DNA from: Thermoplasmata archaeon
GTDB taxonomy: Archaea; Thermoplasmatota; Thermoplasmata; Lutacidiplasmatales; UBA184
Direction: 5' to 3'
Assembly: GCA_022750435.1 (NCBI GenBank)
Contig: JAKIVS010000001.1
Coordinates: 286,895-350,894, forward strand
Length of the DNA stretch: 64,000 nucleotides
In this document: positions 42,827 to 51,716 of the stretch, one piece after another
Numbering within the stretch: position 1 is the first letter of the stretch
How the letters are laid out: the number at the start of each line of letters is the position of its first letter
Notes under the pieces: generated by a model
Told to the model about the DNA's origin: nothing
Databases searched by the model: none
What the model saw: only the letters and a program-made list of their open reading frames with translations
Translations under genes and position numbers: made by a program

Positions 42827-43800
42827 CCGGCGGTCCCCTCCGCGAAGAGGCGGCGGACCATCCAGTCCGGGTCGAACGGCTGGAGGTCCTTGTACCCCTG
42901 GCCGAGCCCCACATAGAGGATCGGGCGGCCGGTGACGAACGTCGCCGACAGGGCGGCGCCGCCCTTCGCGTCGGCGTCGAGCTTCGTGAGGATGAGGCCG
43001 TCGACGCCGAGCGAGCTCTGGAACAGCTTCGCCTGCTCGACCACGTCGTTTCCCGAAAGGGCGTCGCCGACAAAGAGCGTCAGGGTCGGCTTCACGACGC
43101 GCCGGATCTTCTTCGCCTCCTCGATCAGGTTCTCGTTGGTGTGCTGGCGGCCCGCGGTGTCGATGAGGACGACGTCGACCTTCTTCGCGCGCGCATGCTC
43201 GACGGCGTCGAACGCCACCGCGGCCGGGTCGCTCCCTTCCTGCTGTCGGATGACGCGGATCCCCAGGCGTTCGCCGTGGACGAGGAGTTGCTCGATGGCG
43301 CCGGCCCGGAACGTGTCGCCGGCGGCGATGACGACACTAAGGCCGGCGTCGCGGAGCCGGCCTGCGAGCTTCGCGACGGTCGTGGTCTTTCCGGTCCCGT
43401 TGACGCCGACGAACAGGACGATGTACGGCTTGGTGGGCCAGCTCCGCGCCGCCTCCACGAGGTCGATCGGCGGTTTGGCGAGGAGCGAGCGCACCGTCCC
43501 CTCGAGGCTCTGGCGGATGGCGGCCTCCACGTCGGCGCCCCAGCGGAGACGCTTCCCTTCGAGGTTCTTCCGCAGGTCCTTGCGGATCCGCTCGACCACC
43601 GGGAGCGCGACGTCGGATTGGAGCAGCACGATCTCGAGCTCGTCGAGGACGTCGTCGAGTTTCGCGTCGTCGAGGCCGCGGGTGAGGAGACCTTCCCCGA
43701 ACGGGGAGGGCGCCGAGGAGGCAGCAGGACCGTTCCCGTTCGTGGAGGCTGACGGAGCCGCGCTCCGACCGGTCAGCCGCGCCTTAATCGCTGCCCACAT
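42823..43800 (-). CDS. ftsY: Signal recognition particle receptor FtsY
   Basis: LFVGVNGTGKTTTVAKLA, AAGDTFRAGAIEQL, DTAGRQH and LTKLDADAKGGAALS. Confidence 0.95.
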   Translation of the reverse strand: MWAAIKARLTGRSAAPSASTNGNGPAASSAPSPFGEGLLTRGLDDAKLDDVLDELEIVLLQSDVALPVVERIRKDLRKNLEGKRLRWGADVEAAIRQSLEGTVRSLLAKPPIDLVEAARSWPTKPYIVLFVGVNGTGKTTTVAKLAGRLRDAGLSVVIAAGDTFRAGAIEQLLVHGERLGIRVIRQQEGSDPAAVAFDAVEHARAKKVDVVLIDTAGRQHTNENLIEEAKKIRRVVKPTLTLFVGDALSGNDVVEQAKLFQSSLGVDGLILTKLDADAKGGAALSATFVTGRPILYVGLGQGYKDLQPFDPDWMVRRLFAEGTAG

Positions 43801-44251
43801 CGTCGCCGACCGGCGCGCCGCTCGTCGCCCGGGCGAGCGCGTCGAGGCGACGACTCAGCAGCTGGATCCGCTCTTCGAGCGTCTGCATCTGGCCCTCGAG
43901 CTCGCCGGTCGCCTGGTCGATCTTCGAGACCCGCTGGGCGAGGAGTTCGGAGACCTGGGGGCGCTCGAGCTCGGCGACGAAGCCGTCGCCGATGCCGATG
44001 AGGACCTTGCTGCTGGCGGACGGCGTGCCACGCAGGAACGTTTCGCCGCCGACGGGCACCAGGAGCTCGGAGCCCGGGCCGAGACCCTCCAGCCCCTCGA
44101 GCGTGGCGCGGGCGCGCTCGTGGTCGTTGCGCGACGCGGAGAGATACTGGTGCTGTTGGAGCATCGACTGGAGCTGGTTGCGGTACGCCTCGAGCCGCTG
44201 CAGGTCCTCTTGGACCTGGCGCTCCGTGACGGGAGCGCTCGGCGCGCTCAC
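43784..44251 (-). CDS. pfdA: Prefoldin alpha subunit
   Basis: GTG 44249-44251 within ORF 43784..44332. A coiled coil, then beta-hairpins (LLVPVGGETFLRG..VLIGIGDGFVAE), then a second coiled coil. GTGA overlap with the LX stop. Confidence 0.85.
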   Translation of the reverse strand: MSAPSAPVTERQVQEDLQRLEAYRNQLQSMLQQHQYLSASRNDHERARATLEGLEGLGPGSELLVPVGGETFLRGTPSASSKVLIGIGDGFVAELERPQVSELLAQRVSKIDQATGELEGQMQTLEERIQLLSRRLDALARATSGAPVGDDVGSD

Positions 44252-44433
44252 TTCGAGACCTCGGCGACCTTCGTGATCTTGATCCGGGTGCGGGGGACGT
44301 GGTGGCACCCGCCGATCTCGCTCAGCGCCCATTCGCGGGCCTGCTCAGGCGTCGCCGCGTCGGTGCGCTTGGTGAACGACTGCCAGTCGTCCCGCCGGGC
44401 GAGGAAGGTTCCGGTTACTGCAAAGTGGGGCAC
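44248..44433 (-). CDS. rplX: 50S ribosomal protein LX (L18Ae/L20A family)
   Basis: GTG 44431-44433 within ORF 44248..45117. (V)PHFAVTGTFLARRDDWQSFTKRTDAATPEQAREWALSEIGGCHHVPRTRIKITKVAEV. It occupies the conserved position upstream of pfdA-ftsY. Confidence 0.75.
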   Translation of the reverse strand: MPHFAVTGTFLARRDDWQSFTKRTDAATPEQAREWALSEIGGCHHVPRTRIKITKVAEVSK

Positions 44434-44607
44434 AGCCCCTCCGAGGTCGGCGGCGCACCGAGGCTCGTTACATAACCCTTCCGTGACCAACCGTCGGTCC
44501 GGAGCGAAGATTAAGTGCGGGGACGCCGTCGAGAAATCGGCGCCGGACGCCCCGCGGGCCGCCTCCACGCGGTCCGGGGTGTCCCGCCGGGACAACAGCG
44601 GACGAGC

Positions 44608-46725
44608 ATGACGGACCCAACGGGGGGGCAGCCGATGAGCCGGTGGCGGCGGCCGCTCGGCCGTCCGGTCCTCGCCGCCCTCCTGTTCTCTGTCCTCGCG
44701 GTTCTCGGAGCCGTGGCCGTCCTGACGTCGGCCCCCCGCGCCTTGGCCCCGGTCGCGACGGCTCAGCTCGTGGTACCGACGGCCGCGACGACGCCCTCCG
44801 TGGGCTCGGGACAGGGTCCCACCGGTCTCTCGCTGGGAATCTCCGTCACGCCGGGGGTCATCTGCGTCACGAACAACATCGCCTGCCCCGGAGACCAGCG
44901 GAGTGCGCGGGTCACCATGTCGGTCGCCGCTCCTCCGACGGTGACGATCACGTATCCCGCCGTCCAGGTCATTTTCCTGCTCGAAACCACCGCCTACGAC
45001 GGGACGTACGATAGCCAGGGGGGCGTTCCCGGACGGGAGTACTGCGCGGACTCCTCGCTGCGCCAGCCGTGCGAGGAGTCGAACGGTGTTCCATTCTTCG
45101 TCGCCAACGCCGGTCACATCGCCGCGTCCATCGCCTCCTCCAATCCTCGGTCCTCCGTGACGTTCGGACTGGTCGACTTCTTCTCAACGGGGGACGCCTA
45201 CGACAAGGACCAATCGATCACCGCCGAGGGGCTCGAGTCGGTCGCGTACCATGTCGACGTGGGGACCCCGGTCCCGGCGAGCGAGTTCGAGTCGGCCGTG
45301 ACCGGAACGTTCCAGGCGAATGTCCTCGACGGGGGGTGGATCTATCCCACGCTCAACTTTGGCAACAACATCCTCCACTCCGACAGCATCACGGCGCTCT
45401 ACGGGGTCCTGATGGGCCAGGGAATCACCTGGCTCCCGAACGCCCACCACGTGCTCGTCCTCATCGGGTCGACGGCGCCGCGGGATCCCTCCTACATCCA
45501 GAACTACTGTGTCAGCCCGTCGGCGGCCTGGCGCTACGCGTGTTACGGCGCCCAGGGCCCGTACAGCTCGGGATGCGAGCCCTCGTACAACTTCGGGGAC
45601 ATCGCGAGCCCATCCTGTGTCGGCTGGATCTATTCGCAGAACGGCGACCCGAACGGCTCGATCGCCGCGCTGAGCCGGAGCGCCCCCGATTGCGCCGACT
45701 CCCTCGGAGGAAAGTGCACGATCGACACGATCAGCCTTTGGACGACCCCCACCGACCCGTTGTCGATGGGCTGGCCGGGCGCCGTGGACGCCGGGCCGGG
45801 CGGTCAGCTCGTCGTGACGAACGTCGTGAAGGTTCTCTCAGCGGCCTGCGACCTCGCGCTCGCCACCGGGGGCTCGTGGGACGGCCCGTCGTACTTCTCG
45901 TGCGCCGGCGGCGCCATCGGGGACCTCCAGTTCGTGGCCCACGGTCCGGACACCGCGCCGGATACGGCGAACCCGTCCCTTGCCGCCGCCTTCCACGGCA
46001 TCAGCTTCGGTCCGTTGCAGAGCGACGTCATCGCCGTCGGCGGCAACGACTCGATGTTCCGGTTCGTGCCGTTCGCGAACGTGCGGCCGGATCCGAATCT
46101 CCAACCGCAGACGATCTGCGCCACCCCGAACGGACCTCGGGCGGACTGCCCCGGCCCGTTCTACCAGAACGGGAGCACCTACGAGAGCTTGAACTGGAAC
46201 TGGTCGGAGACCCCGGCCCAGAACGTGCTCCTCGGCGGGGACACGTGGACGGCCTCCTTCAACGTCATCGCCGTGGGACCGCCCTACAAGAGCGTCCCCG
46301 TCGACGCGTGCACGGTCACTCTCTGCGCGGCGGCGGGCGGCGGCCCGGTCGCCGGGATGTACACCTCCGCCCGCTACCTGACGCCGTCCAACCTCGATCC
46401 GGTCGTCCAGTCGTTCCCGCTCGCGCTGCTTCGGATCGTCTACGGGCCCGAGGCGTCGGTCCCCTCGACAACGACGCCCGCGGCGCCGGCGAGTTTCCCC
46501 TCCCCGGTCCCGCCCACGCTTCCGCTGGCCCCGAGCCTGCCCCCGACCCCCGTGGCCCCCACGAGCATCGCAGCGCTTTCGGTCCAGGCGCTCGGTGCCG
46601 GGTTCCTCGGGGCCGGGTTCACGCGCGTGGCGATGAAGAACCGACCGATCTCGGTCGGTCAGGCGAACGTCGTCGGTCGGGGGAAGCGCGGTCCCCCGCC
46701 GAGACCGGTCGGTCGATTCGTTTAG
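44608..46725 (+). CDS. Large Cys-rich secreted protein with a Pro/Thr linker and a hydrophobic C-terminus
   Basis: Signal/anchor RWRRPLGRPVLAALLFSVLAVLGAVAVL. About 16 Cys in the ectodomain. VQVIFLLETTAYDG is loosely vWA-like. C-terminal PTLPLAPSLPPTPVAPTS linker, then ALSVQALGAGFLGAGF and a basic tail. The start could be 44515, 44608 or 44635. Confidence 0.6.
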   Translation: MTDPTGGQPMSRWRRPLGRPVLAALLFSVLAVLGAVAVLTSAPRALAPVATAQLVVPTAATTPSVGSGQGPTGLSLGISVTPGVICVTNNIACPGDQRSARVTMSVAAPPTVTITYPAVQVIFLLETTAYDGTYDSQGGVPGREYCADSSLRQPCEESNGVPFFVANAGHIAASIASSNPRSSVTFGLVDFFSTGDAYDKDQSITAEGLESVAYHVDVGTPVPASEFESAVTGTFQANVLDGGWIYPTLNFGNNILHSDSITALYGVLMGQGITWLPNAHHVLVLIGSTAPRDPSYIQNYCVSPSAAWRYACYGAQGPYSSGCEPSYNFGDIASPSCVGWIYSQNGDPNGSIAALSRSAPDCADSLGGKCTIDTISLWTTPTDPLSMGWPGAVDAGPGGQLVVTNVVKVLSAACDLALATGGSWDGPSYFSCAGGAIGDLQFVAHGPDTAPDTANPSLAAAFHGISFGPLQSDVIAVGGNDSMFRFVPFANVRPDPNLQPQTICATPNGPRADCPGPFYQNGSTYESLNWNWSETPAQNVLLGGDTWTASFNVIAVGPPYKSVPVDACTVTLCAAAGGGPVAGMYTSARYLTPSNLDPVVQSFPLALLRIVYGPEASVPSTTTPAAPASFPSPVPPTLPLAPSLPPTPVAPTSIAALSVQALGAGFLGAGFTRVAMKNRPISVGQANVVGRGKRGPPPRPVGRFV

Positions 46726-46930
46726 GTCGGCTCGACCTTCGGGTCCGGCTCGCCGGCCCGGCGCCGTTCGTAGCGGTCCCGTTCGCGGTACCACCGCTCC
46801 TGACGGTCCTCCAACGATTCGCCCGGCACGGCGGGTGCGGCGCTCGGGACGGTCGTCTCCGGTGCGGGCGCCCCGGACGGCCCCACGTCCGCGACACCGT
46901 CCAAGGGGCGCGCGACGCCGCTCGGGTGGG

Positions 46931-47827
46931 TCAGACGGCGAGTTCCGCGACGGCGCGCCACCGCGTCGCCACCTCCTCGTCGGTGAGCCCGACGGTCGGG
47001 GAGAACACCACGACGTCGCCCCAGCGGGTGCGGGCGGCCGCGTAGTCGTCCACCAGGAGCGGGAGGACCACGCCGTCCGCGCGTGTCGACTCCAGGCGCG
47101 ATTGCAGGGCGAGATCCGTCGCCAGTCCGTCGTCCTTCGGAAGGTCCTTCGAGTGCGGGTCGAAGGCGCGGAGCACCGTCGCCACGAGCGGCACGCCCTC
47201 GCCGGCGGCGACCCAGTCGCAGCGGCATCCCCGCTTCATCATGAGATACGCACCGAGGGCGCCGCGTTCCCCATCGACGAGGGCGACGACCCGTCCCGCC
47301 ACGCCGAGCGGAAGGCCGCCGGGTCCGGTCGCCCGACTGTCGTAAAGGTACGTTCGGGGTCCCCGGACCTCGACGAACAACTCGACGTCGGGGTGGTCGA
47401 GGTCCACCGTGACCCCGATCCCCTTGTACTTCTCGAAGATCTCCCCGCCGAGGTCCCGACCGAGCTCTTGGCTCGTGAACGGGTGGGTGCCGGTCCGTCG
47501 AGCGCGCAGCGCGAACGAACAGTCCGGGCGCAGAGCGACTTCCGCGAGCGGGAACAACGCGGCGAGCATGGCCGAGCGTTCCGTGGGCACCTCGACCGCG
47601 ACGCTCACCGAAGTGACGCCGAACGTCCGACGGAGGAGGCGGACCGCCGTGACGCCGTCGTCGGCCTCCACGTACACGTGGCCGTGGTCCGACCGAAGTC
47701 GGCACGGCTGGCCGGCGCGCACGAACTGCGCGAGGATGTTTTGCCGGAGACGATGCTCGAACTCCCGACGGACCGGGGCCGACTTGAGCGCGAGCTCGCC
47801 GTACCGGACGAGCACGAGCGATGCCAC
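46931..47827 (-). CDS. ThiI-like THUMP-domain protein with a degenerate PP-loop
   Basis: GTG 47825-47827 within ORF 46931..48019. LVLVRYGELALKSAPVRREFE (ThiI N-terminal), then a THUMP segment. RVVALVDGERGALGAYLMMKRG then replaces the SGGxDS PP-loop. Confidence 0.7.
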   Translation of the reverse strand: MASLVLVRYGELALKSAPVRREFEHRLRQNILAQFVRAGQPCRLRSDHGHVYVEADDGVTAVRLLRRTFGVTSVSVAVEVPTERSAMLAALFPLAEVALRPDCSFALRARRTGTHPFTSQELGRDLGGEIFEKYKGIGVTVDLDHPDVELFVEVRGPRTYLYDSRATGPGGLPLGVAGRVVALVDGERGALGAYLMMKRGCRCDWVAAGEGVPLVATVLRAFDPHSKDLPKDDGLATDLALQSRLESTRADGVVLPLLVDDYAAARTRWGDVVVFSPTVGLTDEEVATRWRAVAELAV

Positions 47828-47870
47828 GGAGGAACCGTTAAGGCGGCGGCGCCGATTTAGCCGTTGCTTT

Positions 47871-49679
47871 GTGACCGACCCGTCTCCCGCCGAGGGCCGG
47901 AACGGACCGGAGACCGACCCGCTCGCCGGTCTGGTCGGGCCGGTGGTCGACGCGCTCGTGGCCGCGCTCGCGTCCGTTCCGGGCGCCGACCGGGCGGCGG
48001 TCGAACGCCTGCTCGACACCGCCGGCGGCTCCGGGTGGGACCTCGCGATCCCGGTTCATCGATTCGCCGCGGCGGCGAAGCGCCCGCCGCGCGAGCTCGC
48101 CGCCGAGCTGGCCGCCGGACTTCCCGCGACACCGGGCGTCGCGCGACGGTTCGCCGTCGGCGCCTACGTCAACTTCGAGGCCGACCCGACCTGGCTCGCC
48201 GACCGGACGCTCGCGCTCGTCACCGCTCGTGGGGCGACGTACGGGGCCGCCCACCCGACCGGACGGACCGTCTGCGTCGAACACACGAGCGCCAACCCGA
48301 ACTCTCCGTTCCACATCGGACGCGTTCGCAACGCGCTGATCGGCGACACGCTCGCCCGGATCCTCCGGGCAGCCGGCCACACCGTCACCACCCAGTACTA
48401 CGTCGACGACATCGGACGACAGTCCGCGATGGTCACGTGGATCTGGTCGAAACCGCGTTCGAGCTGGCCCCCGGAGATCGCCGCCACGCTGGACGGCGCC
48501 GACGAGACCGAGGAGCGGGCCGACCACTGGCTCGGCCGGCCGTACCCGGCCGTCGCCGCGTACGTGAAGTCCCACCCCGAGGCGGCCGCCGACCTCGGCG
48601 CGCTCTGCGAGCGCCTCGAGCGAGGCGACGCGCCCCCCGAACACCGCCGCTACTGCGACGCCATCCTGGGTGGGATGCTCGACAGCCTCCGGCGCGTGTC
48701 GGTGACGTTCGACGAATTCGTCTGGGAATCGGCCCTGATCCACGACGGCTCGGTGGAGGCCGCGGTGGAGCGGCTCCGCCACGCTCCCCATTTCGTCCGG
48801 GAGGAGAACGGGGCCCTCGCGATCGACACGGCTTCGTACGACCTCCCGAAGGAGGACGAGAGGGCGGTGTTCCTTCGGGGGAACGGGACGAGCCTCTACC
48901 CGACCCGCGACGTCGCCTACCACCTCCAGAAATTCGGTCGGTTCGAGCGCGTCGTCGACGTGCTGGGCCAGGACCATCTGCTGCACGCCAAGACGCTCGG
49001 GGCCCTTCTGGCCGAGATCGGCGAGCCGCGGCGCCCGGAGTTCGTCCTCTACCAGTATATCACCCTCCCCGGCGGCGGCCGCATGTCGACGCGCAAGGGG
49101 ACCGTCGTGTGGCTCGACACGCTCCTCGACGAGGCGATCGACCGGGCGCGCACCGAGGTGCGGACCCGCCATCCGGAGCTCCCCGAAGGGGAGGCGGAAC
49201 AGATCGCGGTCGCGGTCGCCTCGGGCGCGGTTCGCTACCACATCGTCCGCGTCGCGGCGGACAAGGCCGTCGCCTTCCAATGGGAGGAGGCGCTCTCGTT
49301 CGAGGGGCGGAGCGGTCCGTTCGTCCAATACGCCTACGCGCGGGCCACGAGCCTGCTTCGCAAGGCCGAGGAGGACGGGGGCGCCCGGGAAGCCGACGGG
49401 TCGGGCGGGCGCCTGTCGACCCCCTCGGAGCGCGAACTGGTCCGCGTCCTGGCCCGGTTCCCTTCGGTGCTCGCGGCGGCCGCTCGGACGACCCACGTCC
49501 ACGCGATCGCCGGCTACGCCCACGACCTCGCCGAGACGTTCAACCGATTCTACCAATCGACCCCGGTCCTCAAGGCCGAGGCGGAGCGGGCGAGCCGCCT
49601 CGCCCTCGTCGCCGCGTGCCGCCAGGTCCTCGGGAACACGCTCGACCTGCTCGGATTGGAGCGGCTCGAGCGAATGTAG
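47871..49679 (+). CDS. argS: Arginine--tRNA ligase
   Basis: GTG 47871 within ORF 47409..49679. EHTSANPNSPFHIGRVRNALIGD (HIGH), RMSTRKG (KMSKS equivalent), and a C-terminal DALR-type anticodon-binding domain ending in M. Confidence 0.9.
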   Translation: MTDPSPAEGRNGPETDPLAGLVGPVVDALVAALASVPGADRAAVERLLDTAGGSGWDLAIPVHRFAAAAKRPPRELAAELAAGLPATPGVARRFAVGAYVNFEADPTWLADRTLALVTARGATYGAAHPTGRTVCVEHTSANPNSPFHIGRVRNALIGDTLARILRAAGHTVTTQYYVDDIGRQSAMVTWIWSKPRSSWPPEIAATLDGADETEERADHWLGRPYPAVAAYVKSHPEAAADLGALCERLERGDAPPEHRRYCDAILGGMLDSLRRVSVTFDEFVWESALIHDGSVEAAVERLRHAPHFVREENGALAIDTASYDLPKEDERAVFLRGNGTSLYPTRDVAYHLQKFGRFERVVDVLGQDHLLHAKTLGALLAEIGEPRRPEFVLYQYITLPGGGRMSTRKGTVVWLDTLLDEAIDRARTEVRTRHPELPEGEAEQIAVAVASGAVRYHIVRVAADKAVAFQWEEALSFEGRSGPFVQYAYARATSLLRKAEEDGGAREADGSGGRLSTPSERELVRVLARFPSVLAAAARTTHVHAIAGYAHDLAETFNRFYQSTPVLKAEAERASRLALVAACRQVLGNTLDLLGLERLERM

Positions 49680-49733
49680 GTCGACGGGTCGGCCGCCCAA
49701 ACGGCGATATACCGTGACCCGTTCGGCGTCGCA

Positions 49734-50147
49734 ATGGGCTATCTCGACGATTTCAAGAAGTTCGTCGGCAGCGGCGGCCTCATCACGCTCGCCGTAGCGT
49801 TCATCATGGCCACGGCGCTCAACGCCGTCGTCTCCGCGTTGGTGGTCGATTTCATCACGCCACTTATTGGAGTGTTCTTCAAGTTCAACCTCGCCGCGGC
49901 GACGACCCAGGTCAACGGCTCGGTCTTCGCCTACGGCGACTTCCTGAACAAGGTCCTGACGTTCCTCATCGACGCGCTCGTCGTCTTCTTCCTGATCGTC
50001 GAACCGCTCGAGAAGTACCAGGCGAGGAAGGCGGCCAAACTGGCCGCGGCCCCGCCGACGACCCGGGCGTGCCCCGAGTGCCAGAGTCAGGTTCCGATCG
50101 CCGCGAAGCGCTGCGCGTTCTGCACGCAGCCGCTCCCGGCCGCTTGA
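49734..50147 (+). CDS. mscL: Large-conductance mechanosensitive channel MscL fused to a C-terminal zinc ribbon
   Basis: FKKFVGSGGLITLAVAFIMATALNAVVSALVVDFITPLIG (MscL TM1 signature), a second TM helix, then CPECQSQVPIAAKRCAFC. Confidence 0.85.
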   Translation: MGYLDDFKKFVGSGGLITLAVAFIMATALNAVVSALVVDFITPLIGVFFKFNLAAATTQVNGSVFAYGDFLNKVLTFLIDALVVFFLIVEPLEKYQARKAAKLAAAPPTTRACPECQSQVPIAAKRCAFCTQPLPAA

Positions 50148-50166
50148 GCAATCGCGGGGCCGGGGA

Positions 50167-50877
50167 CTACCGTCGCCGTGCGGCGGAGCGTCGGACCATC
50201 GGGTCCACGATGCCGGCTTCTGCGAATCCCTTCGCGCGCAGACGGCAGGAGTCGCACCGCTCGCACGGTCGGGCGCCGCCCTCGTAGCAGCTCCACGTGA
50301 GGGCCCAGGGGACCCCCAGTCGTTCCCCGAGACGAACGATCTCCGCTTTCGACTTCCGGAGGAGCGGGGCCTCCACCCGGAACCGGAGCTCCCCTTCGAC
50401 CCCGGCTTTGGTGGCGAGCCGAGCCAAGCTCTGGAAGGCGCGAAGGTATTCTGGACGGCAGTCCGGGTAACCGGAGTAGTCGATCGCGTTGGCCCCGAGG
50501 TAGATCCGGTCGGCGCCGCGCGATTCCGCGTACCCGAGGGCGAGGGAGAGAAGGATCGTATTCCGGGCCGGGACATAGGTGGACGGAATCGTCCCCGCTC
50601 GGACTCCGGAGTGTGGCAGGGGTCGGGAACGTCGGGTGAGGGCCGATTCGAGGAGGGGACCGATGGGAAGTTGCAGGACCGCATGGTCCGCGACTCGGTA
50701 CCGCCGGGCGAGCGCCCGGGCGCTGCGGAGCTCGCGCACATGGCGCTGTCCGTACCCCACCGTCAGGGCGTAGACCGGGGCGCCCCGCTTCGCGGCGAGG
50801 GCGAGGCAGGTGGCGGAGTCCATCCCTCCGGAGAGGAGGACGACGCTTCCCGCCGGTGGCGGGCGCGTCATCACCAT
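50167..50877 (-). CDS. queC: 7-cyano-7-deazaguanine (preQ0) synthase
   Basis: VVLLSGGMDSATC (PP-loop), YGQRH, and the C-terminal zinc cluster CYEGGARPCERCDSCRLR. Confidence 0.9.
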   Translation of the reverse strand: MVMTRPPPAGSVVLLSGGMDSATCLALAAKRGAPVYALTVGYGQRHVRELRSARALARRYRVADHAVLQLPIGPLLESALTRRSRPLPHSGVRAGTIPSTYVPARNTILLSLALGYAESRGADRIYLGANAIDYSGYPDCRPEYLRAFQSLARLATKAGVEGELRFRVEAPLLRKSKAEIVRLGERLGVPWALTWSCYEGGARPCERCDSCRLRAKGFAEAGIVDPMVRRSAARRR

Positions 50878-51629
50878 ACCCCGAGGGCGAGCAGGAGAGC
50901 CGCGGCGACCCCGACGGCGCTGAGCATGCCGAGGAAGTTCGTGCTTCCCTTGGTGAGATAGCCCCGGTTCTCCAGCGTTTCCCCAAGCACGCTATCGACC
51001 TGGCACCCGACGAACCCCGCGGCCACCACGGCGAGGAGGAACGGCCCGACCGGCACCCGGGAGGTCCCGAAGCCTACGAACAGCGCGAGCGCGACGAGGG
51101 CGGTCGTCAGCGACCCGACCAACGCCCACAGCTCCCCGATCGTCGAAACGCCTCCGTTCGTCCCGGGGGGAACCGCTCCGCCGGTCAGGATCGACCGGGC
51201 CTTCCCGGCGAGGACGCCGAACTCGCTCGCGAACGTGTCGGCAGCCCCAAACGCGAGCGCGGCGGCGTAGAGGACGGCGAGCGGGGCACTGGGGAGCGCG
51301 GAAGGAACGGCGAGCCCGATGAGGACGAGGCCCGTGGGGATCACGATGTGGGCGACGACGTTGGAGATGCCCCGCTCCCCATGGATGCCTTCATGGACGT
51401 TCTTGGTCCGCTTCTCCTCGAACCCGTAGCGGGTGGCGAGCGTGCTCGCCACCACGAACAGGATGAGGAGCGCGAGGAAGGGGAATCCGCCCGCCACCAC
51501 GATGACGGCGCCAAAGAGGAACGCTACCGCCCCCGCGATGCGGGTCAGGGCACCCGAATAGACGGCCGCCAACGCCAAGGCGGCGGTCAGACCGACGCCG
51601 ATGACGGCGTCGAGGAGGGCAAGAACCAA
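50871..51629 (-). CDS. DUF92 (TMEM19/VTE6-like) integral membrane protein
   Basis: TTG start, multi-pass. GERGISNVVAH, FASEFGVL, PGTNGGVSTIGE and DSVLGETLE. Confidence 0.75.
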   Translation of the reverse strand: MVLALLDAVIGVGLTAALALAAVYSGALTRIAGAVAFLFGAVIVVAGGFPFLALLILFVVASTLATRYGFEEKRTKNVHEGIHGERGISNVVAHIVIPTGLVLIGLAVPSALPSAPLAVLYAAALAFGAADTFASEFGVLAGKARSILTGGAVPPGTNGGVSTIGELWALVGSLTTALVALALFVGFGTSRVPVGPFLLAVVAAGFVGCQVDSVLGETLENRGYLTKGSTNFLGMLSAVGVAAALLLALGVW

Positions 51630-51716
51630 GACCGATCTCCGACGAGAGCGGCGCCCCCACTAAGAACGTTTGCGGAGACGCTGGAACGTGCTCCGGCCCC
51701 CTCTGGCCCTCGCGAT

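Noticed and set aside
46722-46900. Possible ~54-aa minus-strand ORF (…ESLEDRQERWYRERDRYERRRAGEPDPKVEPT) just downstream of the ThiI-like gene
   Set aside because: It is only the tail of a 327-aa junk ORF. It has no family resemblance, and the only candidate start is an internal GTG. The evidence is too weak to annotate.
47838-50741. 967-aa minus-strand ORF spanning argS, mscL and queC
   Set aside because: It runs antisense or out of frame through three genes that have unmistakable family motifs. Its own product is Arg/Gly/Asp/Glu/Pro low-complexity sequence.
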